Program-made: the position numbers and the translations under genes
Source: a virus
Lineage: Duplodnaviria > Heunggongvirae > Uroviricota > Caudoviricetes
Direction: 5' to 3' (one strand)
IMG/VR virus record: IMGVR_UViG_3300012933_000388
Span: 1 to 64,000 of that record
Length of the DNA stretch: 64,000 bases
Notes under the pieces: model-generated
Told to the model about the DNA's origin: nothing
The model's input: the letters and a program-made list of their open reading frames with translations, nothing else
The model's database searches: none
Shown here: positions 19,374 through 28,578 of the stretch, piece by piece
How the letters are laid out: every line of letters starts with the position of its first letter
Position numbering within the stretch: position 1 is the stretch's first letter

Positions 19374-19633
19374 GCGATCCATGCTACGAGGGTTGGTCTG
19401 AGGAGGGCGGCAATACGTCGGGAACGTGCTGTTGCAATTGTCGGTATCAGCAACCCATTGTAGGCCATCCTTGGAACAAGGCTCACTTTACTAAAACATC
19501 GATAATGAGTATAATCGGCTATGGATGTTCGATGCCAGAGTCTGATCGTATTGTGTTCTTCGATCAGAAGCATGGTATGTGTGAGATGCATGCACATAAG
19601 GACAACGTTGTCCAGTTAAAGGTTGTGAAATGA
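19370..19633 (+). CDS. hypothetical Cys-rich protein
   Basis: ORF 87 aa with CCCNC and CSMPE..C.MH motifs. Confidence 0.35.
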   Translation: MSDPCYEGWSEEGGNTSGTCCCNCRYQQPIVGHPWNKAHFTKTSIMSIIGYGCSMPESDRIVFFDQKHGMCEMHAHKDNVVQLKVVK

Positions 19634-19875
19634 AAAAGATTTTAATTGTATTGGGTGTTGTTATGTTGGCTGCTTGCTCGCCGAGCGCCAAGCAGAAGTA
19701 CTACCCTGTCCTTCCAGACGAATTGAAAGACTGTAAGTTCTATCGATTAGAAGATGGTGCTGGTGTTGCTATTACTGTTGCACGTTGTGGTAACGCTACG
19801 GCTGTTCGCCAAAGTGATAAGGCAGGAAACACTACGATCTTGATTGATGGTGTTGAATATGAGCGAAAGAACTAA
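19630..19875 (+). CDS. small lipoprotein
   Basis: MKKILIVLGVVMLAAC lipobox. Confidence 0.4.
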   Translation: MKKILIVLGVVMLAACSPSAKQKYYPVLPDELKDCKFYRLEDGAGVAITVARCGNATAVRQSDKAGNTTILIDGVEYERKN

Positions 19876-20049
19876 ACATGATTAATGATGAACCAAGTGT
19901 GAAAGACATGGCACGGCTGTGGGCATTGTGTGCAAAGTTTATTGAAGAGCAAGACATTCACTGTGCTGAAACGATATACCAAACAGATCGTATTGCAGAG
20001 AATGCATTACAGTTGATTGAAGATATCTGCGAGGAAGTTGGGTATAATA

Positions 20050-20604
20050 ATGACGACTGATCGAGTTTCAAAACTGAGTAAGCAAGCGATGGAGTATGCT
20101 GCAGAGCAGTATGGTCCTCAACGTGCTGGCGAGATGGTGTGGGATCCTCTAACATACGATCGTAAGTTCGCTGAGCTGATCGCAGCGGATTGTATTGCGA
20201 TGATTCAATTGCACATGCCACGCAATGGTGTTAGCTCGCCAGAGAATGTAATATCCAAACGCCATATCAACAACATCGCTGACCTATATGGTGTCGCATT
20301 ACCGCTACCTGCATCAGCGTATGAGGATCAGATTGCTAACATCATGGCTGGAGCTGATGCGATGGCAGGCGATGGTGGTTATAGTGAAGCTAGTCTGAAG
20401 ACTCCCCAATTTCTAGAGACTCAAGCGAGATATGAGGCTTTGTACAGCAAGACGCAAATAACAGCCGAAGCTGTACAACATCTGCGTGAAATGACAGATT
20501 GCCCGATGATGGAATGTAAGAAAGCATTAACAGCATGTAATGGCAACATGGATGAAGCGATGGAGTATTTACGCAAAGGCCGTCAATTCCGGACATACAT
20601 CTAA
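20050..20604 (+). CDS. hypothetical protein with C-terminal EF-Ts-N/UBA-like domain
   Basis: C-terminus TAEAVQHLREMTDCPMMECKKALTACNGNMDEAMEYLRKG parallels the EF-Ts N-terminal [27 protein letters not shown].LRK. Confidence 0.4.
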   Translation: MTTDRVSKLSKQAMEYAAEQYGPQRAGEMVWDPLTYDRKFAELIAADCIAMIQLHMPRNGVSSPENVISKRHINNIADLYGVALPLPASAYEDQIANIMAGADAMAGDGGYSEASLKTPQFLETQARYEALYSKTQITAEAVQHLREMTDCPMMECKKALTACNGNMDEAMEYLRKGRQFRTYI

Positions 20605-20619
20605 CCAAAAGGAAAACAA

Positions 20620-21042
20620 ATGAGTGATCAATCTACAAGATATGATGCATTCGAGAAGCGGATGCATGAAGAGTATCCAAAGATGTTCTCACAACCATAT
20701 GGTGGTTTTGCTATTGGTGAAGGTTGGTGGCCAATTGTCGAGATTCTATGCTCACATATTCAACAGCACATCGATTGGATCAACTTCAACATCGACAAGT
20801 ATCCTGAACGAGGCGTAGAGCCAGTTGAGCAAGTAGTTGTTGCACAGATCAAAGAGAAGTTCGGCAGCCTTCGATTCTATTATGATGGCGGGGACGCTTA
20901 TGTTCGTGGATTAGTTGAAATGGCTGAGTCATGGGCTGGTCGTAGTTGTGAGATATGCGGTGAGCGTGGAACACGTGGTGATAATAATGGATGGGTTAGT
21001 ACTTTATGCCCAACACACAGAGCAGAACGGAATGAAGCATGA
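20620..21042 (+). CDS. hypothetical protein with C-terminal Cys4/His cluster
   Basis: ORF 140 aa with SD AAGGAAA. CEICGERG...CPTH. Confidence 0.4.
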   Translation: MSDQSTRYDAFEKRMHEEYPKMFSQPYGGFAIGEGWWPIVEILCSHIQQHIDWINFNIDKYPERGVEPVEQVVVAQIKEKFGSLRFYYDGGDAYVRGLVEMAESWAGRSCEICGERGTRGDNNGWVSTLCPTHRAERNEA

Positions 21043-21448
21043 GTGAATTAAGTGATTTGAAAGCATTATTGTTAGAAGCTCCGAGTGATCAATTAGATCA
21101 TTCGATGTTTCCATTGATTGAGGCGTGGGATGCAGAGCCAAAGGCTATCCAGATCCTGGAAGTACTTGATAAGTGTATCTACTATGCGTTGGCTAGTGGG
21201 TTCGCTATCAAGGCGTTGCAGGTTATGTTGGATTATGCACTGACGAATGAAGGCACGACACTCGACCAGGTAGTACAACTAGCGACGTGGCGGACAACGT
21301 AATGTACTTCGGTAGTAGTGATATTAGTTGGATTTTTTCCAAATCAACGTGGACAGTTATTGCAATTGCATGTATACTAGCGTTATGGAAGATCGTAGAT
21401 GTTTTCATCTGGATCTTCTCACACATTAGTATATCGTGGAGTTAAACA

Positions 21449-21658
21449 ATGGAACAAGCCAAGCCATGTCCCTTCTGTGGGAGTAGTAAGCTGACATATC
21501 GTTATGAAGGTCAGCCTGCATTGCGCTATGCAATCATGTGTGGTGAATGTGGTGGAACGACTCGTTCTGTCTATGTGGGCGGAACACCGTCCGGTTCTAC
21601 TGTGTTGTTTAATAATCCAGAAGCAACTGAACTATGGAATAAGAGAGCACAGCAATGA
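21449..21658 (+). CDS. Lar-family restriction alleviation protein (tentative)
   Basis: N-terminus MEQAKPCPFCGSSKL and a second CGECGG pair match the Lar/zinc-ribbon family. 69 aa. Confidence 0.45.
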   Translation: MEQAKPCPFCGSSKLTYRYEGQPALRYAIMCGECGGTTRSVYVGGTPSGSTVLFNNPEATELWNKRAQQ

Positions 21659-21942
21659 ATATCTACAAGGCACGCTATCGCAATGCTCTGAAGAAGGCTG
21701 CGAAGATCAATCGCTATATGAAGAAGGGTTATCATGTATTCTTTGATAGTAACCCCAATCACCTCGGGTTTGTTATAAAGGACAACCAGCTATTGCTACG
21801 TGCCGATCAAAACTGTTCTTATATCTTCTATGAAAATGATAAGGACTGGGATCATGGGTATTGGACTCCAATCAAGCAATGGAATGCTGAGTTCAACGAA
21901 CGATTCGAAGTATACAAACCAGAAGCAAAGGTTGTATTATGA
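21655..21942 (+). CDS. hypothetical protein
   Basis: ORF 95 aa with ATGA overlap. Confidence 0.35.
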   Translation: MNIYKARYRNALKKAAKINRYMKKGYHVFFDSNPNHLGFVIKDNQLLLRADQNCSYIFYENDKDWDHGYWTPIKQWNAEFNERFEVYKPEAKVVL

Positions 21943-22169
21943 ACGAACGAATCCAAGAACTTGATAAGCAGGCTAAACTCTGGGCGATGGATAATACTAA
22001 TTTTCCAATATCGTCACATATTCCTGCAGGTTATACAGAAAAGTTCGCCGAGTTGCTCATAGAGGAATGCATTGGGCAGTGTTGGACGGTGTCTGAATTG
22101 GAATCGAACGGGTATGTTGTCAGCGAGTGTTCGAAGAAGATTAGAAAACATTTCGGAATTGAGCAATGA
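21939..22169 (+). CDS. KFAELLIR-family small protein
   Basis: TEKFAELLIEECIGQCW ... KKIRKHFGIEQ. Confidence 0.45.
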   Translation: MNERIQELDKQAKLWAMDNTNFPISSHIPAGYTEKFAELLIEECIGQCWTVSELESNGYVVSECSKKIRKHFGIEQ

Positions 22170-22411
22170 TAACGAATGAAGATATCCACATTTTAGCTGA
22201 ACAGGCTAAAGTATATGCTAACCAGTTCGAGGAGCATTGGAATGATGGCCCCGATACTGATAAGATATTCAACCAAAAGTTCGCTGAGTTGATAGTTTGG
22301 GAAACATTTGCTGCGCTGTGGACAGATGAATGCATGCAGAGCGATTTGGCATTGGAACAGTTTAACCGTAACGTGAACAACATTAAAAAACATTTCGGGA
22401 TGAAGGAATGA
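22166..22411 (+). CDS. KFAELLIR-family small protein
   Basis: NQKFAELIVWETF ... NIKKHFGMKE. Confidence 0.45.
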   Translation: MITNEDIHILAEQAKVYANQFEEHWNDGPDTDKIFNQKFAELIVWETFAALWTDECMQSDLALEQFNRNVNNIKKHFGMKE

Positions 22412-22611
22412 GCAAAACATATTTCCTCACAAACAATGACGGCGACATCATGTGTTGCTGGGACGGTGATCCGGCACGTACGAACATTATTGAGTTTAAA
22501 AGTGAGCGGCCATATACGCCAGAAGAGGTTGCACGACTGATGAACAAAGCATTCAAAATTGGTATGGATGCTAAGGCTCAGGACATAAAGAATGTGTTGG
22601 GGATTCGATGA
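22408..22611 (+). CDS. hypothetical protein
   Basis: ORF 67 aa with ATGA overlap. Confidence 0.3.
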   Translation: MSKTYFLTNNDGDIMCCWDGDPARTNIIEFKSERPYTPEEVARLMNKAFKIGMDAKAQDIKNVLGIR

Positions 22612-22811
22612 GCGACGACACAACCAAGCCAGCTGTCCGTGTATATGGATGGGTGTGGAAGGATAAGCTAGCAGATGATGGATCTTGCTATGTTCCATCA
22701 TACACACCAGCACAACACGTTCCAAGAGGCGAGTTGTTTGCTCTAGTAGATCCTGCTGATTTACATGAGCCACTTAAAAACACGAAATGGCATTACAGGG
22801 AAAGTGAATAA
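22608..22811 (+). CDS. hypothetical protein
   Basis: ORF 67 aa. Confidence 0.3.
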   Translation: MSDDTTKPAVRVYGWVWKDKLADDGSCYVPSYTPAQHVPRGELFALVDPADLHEPLKNTKWHYRESE

Positions 22812-22989
22812 TGGATTATAATGAAGCATATGTCCGCCTAGAGATGGGCGCAATCGATGATGTCGATGCTGCTGTATTCAGTGGCGATATCTTCCATGAT
22901 GAAGAGAATCGTAAGCGATTCCGCAAGATGCTCGAACGTTGGACAAAAGAGATGGATGCACTTGATGCGTCTGGATTTGGATTGAACCC

Positions 22990-23217
22990 ATGACACAAAC
23001 AATTTACGGATTAACATGCGACTATGGTGATGGCAGTGCCGGCATGCGTTGGTATCGCAACAAAGCAATCGTCGATGCTAAACTAGATGAAGATGGTCCA
23101 GACTGGGATGAGATGATGTATGGTAATGAAGGTGTGCCTAGCATGGTGCTGACGTTCCCAGCCGACTTAGATCTCGAGAAGTGTGGATTCTACTTCGACG
23201 ATGAGGACGATCTATGA
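22990..23217 (+). CDS. hypothetical acidic protein
   Basis: ORF 75 aa. Confidence 0.3.
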   Translation: MTQTIYGLTCDYGDGSAGMRWYRNKAIVDAKLDEDGPDWDEMMYGNEGVPSMVLTFPADLDLEKCGFYFDDEDDL

Positions 23218-23413
23218 GTAAAGGTCTAGAAATCCCATATGAGGTTGCCGATGGCATTACATTAGCATCGATGATTGATCAGCATGGGTACTTGAAAGAA
23301 GAGACAAGAGCGCATTTGGAAGATGGTGCATACCTTCATCCGGACGATTTGGGCAATAACATCAGGTTGATTGCTGCATTGGAGTTGTTGATTGCATATT
23401 ATGGTGGTGAAGT

Positions 23414-23767
23414 ATGAGTTTAGATGTTGATTTGCTGGTAACTAAGCCATCGTCTGTCTTCAGTTACAACATTACGCATAATCTAGGCGCAATGGCTAAG
23501 GCCGTTGTCCTCGATCCTCATACGGATATTCCGTTGACATTGTATCATGTGTTGTGGCGACCAGAAGAATATGATCTTACTTTAGCACATGAGATTGCCG
23601 ATTACTTGAACGTTGGTTTGGGTATCCTAATGGCAGACCCAGAGAAGTATAAGGCACTCAATCCGCCAAATGGGTGGGGTGATTATAACGGGCTGTGTCA
23701 ATTTGTCCGCGAGTATCGCGATGCATGTTGGGACAATCCATTTGCTGAGCTGAGTGTGTCGCGATGA
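23414..23767 (+). CDS. hypothetical protein
   Basis: ORF 117 aa. Confidence 0.35.
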   Translation: MSLDVDLLVTKPSSVFSYNITHNLGAMAKAVVLDPHTDIPLTLYHVLWRPEEYDLTLAHEIADYLNVGLGILMADPEKYKALNPPNGWGDYNGLCQFVREYRDACWDNPFAELSVSR

Positions 23768-24096
23768 GACTAATGCTTGGGCGCGCGGGTAGACCAGATC
23801 TTCTTGTTGATGTTAAGCAAGAGATCGCTCCCGACCACTTCGATTTCCGCGTTGTCAATGGACAATGGGATGGCACATACTACAAGGGGTATGTGACTAC
23901 CCATGATGCTCCGAGTGGTGATTATTCTAGTTTGGATAAGGTAGAGATACTGACAGACAACCAAGACCGGTTGCGTAGTGTCCCTTGGTATGAATATCAG
24001 GAAGTGTTTAATAACTTCGACAATCCAGCATATGTCGCACCCAAACCAGCGCCAGTTGTCTATCCGGCCAGCTGGGATGATGATATCCCATTCTAA
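23764..24096 (+). CDS. hypothetical protein
   Basis: ORF 110 aa. Confidence 0.35.
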   Translation: MRLMLGRAGRPDLLVDVKQEIAPDHFDFRVVNGQWDGTYYKGYVTTHDAPSGDYSSLDKVEILTDNQDRLRSVPWYEYQEVFNNFDNPAYVAPKPAPVVYPASWDDDIPF

Positions 24097-24105
24097 GGAT
24101 TCAGA

Positions 24106-24372
24106 ATGAACGGAAAAATCTTTGTCATAGCTGGTACCTATGATCAATTCAATATATTTCGCAGAACACTTGCAGGTACGATGATTGAGGAAAATATCGA
24201 TGTTCGTCTAAACGACATTGTGTACGTTCACAGCGACAACTTGTATGGGTATGAAGACATCTGGGGATACAAAGTCGGGACTTGGCAACAACGAAAAGAC
24301 ATTGATGTTATTTGCATGATGTTGCTCGCCTGCCGAAGCTCAATTGATAATTTTATTGAGGTTGAATTATGA
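24106..24372 (+). CDS. hypothetical protein
   Basis: ORF 88 aa. Confidence 0.35.
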   Translation: MNGKIFVIAGTYDQFNIFRRTLAGTMIEENIDVRLNDIVYVHSDNLYGYEDIWGYKVGTWQQRKDIDVICMMLLACRSSIDNFIEVEL

Positions 24373-25097
24373 AACAACTATACTCACACGAAGTACCAAG
24401 ATGGATGAGAATGCTTGGCGTGACTCGAGTACATAAAGAGTCAATCGATTTCAAATGGGGATACTTTGCTCCTCGTCCATCATTTCAGCTACTATTACAT
24501 CGTGGTGGATACTTTGATTCGCGATATGCTATCAGTATTGCACTAGGCTATGGTGTGTTCCACTTCTACCTTCCGTTCAAAACCAAGCTGAAAGAAGGTT
24601 GTGATTTACCACAGTATGGTATTCATATTCATGGTGATACGTTTTGGATAATGATCGGTGGCGATTATGATGAATCAATTGGTCAGGTTCAGGGTAAGAC
24701 GTGGATTACATGGGACCTACCATTCTTCAGCTATGAGTTCGATGGCCATTGGGTCAAAGACAAACAGCAGCGTTGGGCGCTGATGAAGAACTTTGAATCA
24801 TACGAATTCAAAAAGGATCAAGCATACAAAGAGCAACATCCGTTTACCTATGTTCTCAAAAACGGTACAATACAGGAAAGAACTGCGACTTGTACTATTG
24901 AGAAGCGTAAGTGGCATCGTAAGTGGTTTCCATGGCTGACCCGGGTCAGTGAAGTGATTGATGTTGAGTTCTCTGATGAGGTCGGCGAACGGTCGGGAAG
25001 CTGGAAGGGTGGAACGATTGGGTGTAGCTATGAGCTCGAGCCAGGTGATACGATTGAGAGTTGCCTAAGACGAATGGAAAAGGAAAGAAACTTTTAA
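24369..25097 (+). CDS. hypothetical protein
   Basis: ORF 242 aa with ATGA overlap. Confidence 0.4.
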   Translation: MKQLYSHEVPRWMRMLGVTRVHKESIDFKWGYFAPRPSFQLLLHRGGYFDSRYAISIALGYGVFHFYLPFKTKLKEGCDLPQYGIHIHGDTFWIMIGGDYDESIGQVQGKTWITWDLPFFSYEFDGHWVKDKQQRWALMKNFESYEFKKDQAYKEQHPFTYVLKNGTIQERTATCTIEKRKWHRKWFPWLTRVSEVIDVEFSDEVGERSGSWKGGTIGCSYELEPGDTIESCLRRMEKERNF

Positions 25098-25283
25098 TAT
25101 GGATGAAAAACTAATTGAGCGATTGAAGAAACTTGCTAGTAGTGAATGCTTCTATGATGATGAGGACGAAGATAAGATCATTGACGATTATGCTGGTGGC
25201 AACGTTGACGATGCTTTCCAGGTAGGTGAGCATGCAGGTCAAGTATTGCTTGCTCGTGATATCCTGACGGCGTTAAAAGTTCA

Positions 25284-25547
25284 ATGGTGGACGGAATGAA
25301 TGATCGAATCGAAAAACTTGCTAAAGAGCATAGGTTAATTCATATTCACATGAGCACAGGCGAATATAACGATACATTGAAGAAGTTCGAAAAGCTCGCC
25401 GAGCTGATTATCCTAGAGTGTGCTAAGGTATGTGCGGATAATGGAATGCGTGCAGGTGGTGGGAATACCATAGTTGGTGAAACTTTCTTGGATGCATCGA
25501 AGCTGATCAGAGGCAATTTCGGATTAGACACATTTGGGATGTACTGA
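25284..25547 (+). CDS. KFAELLIR-family small protein (divergent)
   Basis: LKKFEKLAELIILECAKV ... RGNFGLDTFGMY. Confidence 0.4.
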   Translation: MVDGMNDRIEKLAKEHRLIHIHMSTGEYNDTLKKFEKLAELIILECAKVCADNGMRAGGGNTIVGETFLDASKLIRGNFGLDTFGMY

Positions 25548-25786
25548 TGAACGATCGCACCAAGCAACTTGCTGAGCAGGCTGATCTATATGCTCGGTCT
25601 GATAATTCCAGCATGCTATTCGAAAACTGGAAAAAACAATACACCGAAAGGTTGACTGAGTTGATTGTTCGGGAATGTGCTGATAAAATCGAGCATGATT
25701 ACAAATATGAACGCGGCGAAGATACAAAGTGGATCACAGCATTTGCTATTGCTAGTGATTTGAAGGCACATTTCGGGGTTCAATGA
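25547..25786 (+). CDS. KFAELLIR-family small protein
   Basis: YTERLTELIVRECADK ... LKAHFGVQ. Confidence 0.45.
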   Translation: MNDRTKQLAEQADLYARSDNSSMLFENWKKQYTERLTELIVRECADKIEHDYKYERGEDTKWITAFAIASDLKAHFGVQ

Positions 25787-26010
25787 TGTGGAACGATGAA
25801 GAATTAACCCAAGAAGAACAAAATGCACAATATCTGCAAGACAATCCGCATGTTGAATCTGGGTTGTGGGCAGAGTGGGTAGGGGTTGTATGTGGGTGGG
25901 ATAAGATTCCAACACCTACATCAGAAGAATGGACTAAGTTAAAAGCAAACTTCTATCATGGCAAGGCGCCGATAGAATCGGTTGCTGAATTAAAAAAGAT
26001 GCGGGGTTGA
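25783..26010 (+). CDS. hypothetical protein
   Basis: ORF 75 aa. Confidence 0.3.
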   Translation: MMWNDEELTQEEQNAQYLQDNPHVESGLWAEWVGVVCGWDKIPTPTSEEWTKLKANFYHGKAPIESVAELKKMRG

Positions 26011-26013
26011 ATA

Positions 26014-26211
26014 ATGAAGTATAATGTAAAGAAGTTCCATGCTATCCTAGCAAAGGCACATTTGGAGATTGGTCCAAATGCAGATACAACGGCTTTGGCG
26101 GATAAGTTTGCTGAGTTGCTTGTGAGAGAATGTATCGATGTGTTATCGGAAGACGATGGGGCTACTCATCACGAGCAGTTGTTGCTCAATCATTTTGGAG
26201 TGAAACAATGA
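26014..26211 (+). CDS. KFAELLIR-family small protein
   Basis: ADKFAELLVRECIDV ... LLNHFGVKQ. Confidence 0.45.
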   Translation: MKYNVKKFHAILAKAHLEIGPNADTTALADKFAELLVRECIDVLSEDDGATHHEQLLLNHFGVKQ

Positions 26212-26613
26212 CATCAGCTCAATTCATGTGTATTATCGGGACAATCTACTTGGTTCCTGATATGAGTAAGGAATACCGGGCATTTGCCGGTATTGTATGT
26301 TTTGTTGTTGCTATTGTGACGGAATTCTTATCGTGACAGAGCAACAAATCATTGATACATACAACAAGATGGTAGCGCACTATGGTGATATGCTACCGAA
26401 TCCAGAACATTGCCCTAAGGAATTTCAATATTATGTCAAACTCTTCGCATACACTGAGAACGCTAATTCTGGAGAGAATCAAGCATATTCGGCCAACAGT
26501 TAATCTATCAGACTTTGATGATCATGGAGACCGTGATCTGTTGGATGATTTTGAAGAGATCCTGACTGAGTATATTGAGCAACAGAGGATAGCTGACGCT
26601 GAATAAACAGCAC

Positions 26614-27141
26614 TCAATATCTTCTTAGATAGTCCTTAACCTCAGGACTTCTACCCCATACCCAGCCTTCGGGTAATTCGCGCTTTCGCCCCTCTGATCC
26701 AGTAATAGGATGATGACACCACTTCAATCCAGTCGTAGTCGGCTTACCCATACGAGCCATGGCAACAAGAGCCTTACCCATAGCAGACTTACGACTTCCC
26801 CTAGCATTACTAGGCTTACCACGCTTAGCAATAGCCATCTTCGCCTTAGTCTCATCAGACATAGTCTTACCGGTATTAGCTAACTTAACAGCAGCAACCA
26901 TCTTCATCTTCTCATCTTCAGTGAAGTATTTCCATCCCCACTTCTTCTTTACAATAGCATCCTCATAGACATCAGAGACATTATATTGCTTCTTGAGACG
27001 ATCAATAACACTAGCATAATTGCCAGAATCTTTGATCATTGCTACCTTTTCCCATGCCCGACCATGATCGTTGTAAAATTGTTTATCGCCCTTATCGGAC
27101 GTTCTGAGCGTTCTATCCCGGAGGTAAACAGTGATAAGCAT
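26614..27141 (-). CDS. homing-endonuclease-like protein with NUMOD3 DNA-binding motifs (catalytic domain not recognisable)
   Basis: GKTMSDETKAKMAIAKRGKP and GSRKSAMGKALVAMARMGKP are NUMOD3-type repeats. C-terminus LPEGWVWGR. Isolated - strand gene at the end of the + strand early block. Confidence 0.45.
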   Translation of the reverse strand: MLITVYLRDRTLRTSDKGDKQFYNDHGRAWEKVAMIKDSGNYASVIDRLKKQYNVSDVYEDAIVKKKWGWKYFTEDEKMKMVAAVKLANTGKTMSDETKAKMAIAKRGKPSNARGSRKSAMGKALVAMARMGKPTTTGLKWCHHPITGSEGRKRELPEGWVWGRSPEVKDYLRRY

Positions 27142-27370
27142 ACGTATATTCCATAATTGATTAATCCTAATATATAGGAAACAATGTATTTTTATGAGAA
27201 ATACTCGTATTACTTCTTGCAGATATTAATACCGCATCTTAAACTAGTATGTACGGGAATATAGAATGATGTGCGGGAAAATAGTTCAGTCGTACAGTAT
27301 ATGCGCGCGTCTTAAACTAGTATGTAGCCCCTGCAGTCGACTCTAGGGATAGACCAAAGTGGTCCAGCAA

Positions 27371-27628
27371 TCAGCAGTAGTTCGCTTCACATAGCAGGAA
27401 AGACTCCTCCATAACTGCATCCAAGTCAACGCTAGGCTGTGTCATCATTAGCTGGCAGAGTACGCGCGGAAAGATGTAGCATGTTTGTGTCCCGTGTAGC
27501 TCAGTGCATGACACTAAGTCAGCAGGCAGCTTCTTTACAGTGAAAACGCTACCAGCCTTTAGTGTTAACGTGTTGCTGATTTTGTGTTCAGTTTTCAGCG
27601 TTGAGTACCAAATTTTAGCCATATTCAT
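27371..27628 (-). CDS. hypothetical protein
   Basis: ORF 85 aa. The upstream region carries the GGAAACAAAA..GCCACT direct repeats. Confidence 0.3.
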   Translation of the reverse strand: MNMAKIWYSTLKTEHKISNTLTLKAGSVFTVKKLPADLVSCTELHGTQTCYIFPRVLCQLMMTQPSVDLDAVMEESFLLCEANYC

Positions 27629-27803
27629 CCTTGTTCAGTCAAAAGTGCCAGTTTCATTCTGGAAACAAAATAGCCACTCTGCCCCCACAAACCTGGAAAC
27701 AAAAGCGCCACTGATCCTCGCACTAGTCATGCGATTGAATGAATCCCATTATACCACAGTTTTAGTGTATTGACAACTAGCTAGGAATAGCCAATTGCCC
27801 CGT

Positions 27804-28022
27804 TCACTTTGTAGTACTATATGTGTATACGCCAGAAGGCTTACCAAAGATATTATTTCCATACACTTCCACTCTAACGGTCTTGCCATTTCCGAATGGA
27901 TTAATGCCATATTTGAATGCATTTCGGAATGTTTTATAGCCACTGATAATACAGCGGTTATTCATTCCTACCTCATCATAGCTACCATCTGCATTCTGCT
28001 TAGTCACCAAATAGCTAGTCAT
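27804..28022 (-). CDS. tiny protein mC (72 aa), third gene of a 3-gene micro-operon
   Basis: ATG preceded by GGAGAA, 3 nt after the mB stop. Sequence MTSYLVTKQNADGSYDEVGMNNRCIISGYK... Confidence 0.4.
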   Translation of the reverse strand: MTSYLVTKQNADGSYDEVGMNNRCIISGYKTFRNAFKYGINPFGNGKTVRVEVYGNNIFGKPSGVYTYSTTK

Positions 28023-28026
28023 TGAT

Positions 28027-28146
28027 TCATTCTCCTTCAAATGCATTGTCGCCATATGTGTCAAACTCAGTACCCTGGTTAGCCCAATAGTCGTACTCTT
28101 CACACAGTGCCACTAATTCTTCCAACTCTTGATCGATATTGCTCAT
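28027..28146 (-). CDS. tiny acidic protein mB (39 aa)
   Basis: MSNIDQELEELVALCEEYDYWANQGTEFDTYGDNAFEGE. Its ATG immediately follows the mA stop (TAAATG). Confidence 0.35.
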   Translation of the reverse strand: MSNIDQELEELVALCEEYDYWANQGTEFDTYGDNAFEGE

Positions 28147-28317
28147 TTACTTCCCCTGGTTATAAATGTCGTTTTCTAAATCACAAAACAGCGATTCAGT
28201 GCCATTGACTAGATCTAGTTCACTTTCATCGAAAATGCCTAATCTTTTGCCATGCCAAATCATTCCGAGAACTAACGAGACTTGCTGCTCGTTTAGTGTT
28301 ACTGTGATCTCTTTCAT
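28147..28317 (-). CDS. tiny protein mA (56 aa), first gene of the micro-operon
   Basis: SD AGGAGATAACG before ATG. Sequence MKEITVTLNEQQVSLVLGMIWHGKRLGIFDESELDLVNGTESLFCDLENDIYNQGK. Confidence 0.4.
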   Translation of the reverse strand: MKEITVTLNEQQVSLVLGMIWHGKRLGIFDESELDLVNGTESLFCDLENDIYNQGK

Positions 28318-28339
28318 CGTTATCTCCTATTGAACCACG

Positions 28340-28368
28340 ATTATCTGACAAAAACGAAAGTTGGTCAA
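28340..28368 (-). promoter_or_regulatory. sigma70-type promoter (TTGACC-N17-GATAAT) for the - strand micro-operon
   Basis: - strand reads TTGACCaactttcgtttttgtcaGATAAT, then SD and ATG 22 nt downstream. Confidence 0.5.
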
Positions 28369-28528
28369 CATAGGCGATTAGTATCAGACTGAGCTGTACG
28401 CTTATTCTAAAAGTCATTTGTCCGCAGCCGCCGTCCACCCCAGTTGCTTTCGAATGACCCTATTATACATGGTTTTGGGAAGTCGGCAACTAGGCTGTAA
28501 GTATCAGACTAGAGTTGAAGGGTACTGG

Positions 28529-28557
28529 TTGTACAAATTCCAAAACTATTGTACAAT
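28529..28557 (+). promoter_or_regulatory. sigma70-type promoter TTGTAC-N17-TACAAT
   Basis: Divergent from the - strand promoter. Precedes P1. Confidence 0.5.
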
Positions 28558-28578
28558 AGTGTTTTAGGAGATAAAAAA

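Noticed and set aside
26297-26606. Two overlapping small ORFs in different frames (26297-26503 and 26382-26606).
   Set aside because: I cannot decide from sequence alone which one is real, if either. Both lack convincing SDs, so neither was listed as a feature.
28226-28438. 70-aa - strand ORF (table) across the micro-operon promoter.
   Set aside because: It overlaps mA in another frame, runs through the -35/-10 elements, and starts with GTG without an SD. The three tightly coupled small ORFs with good SDs are preferred.
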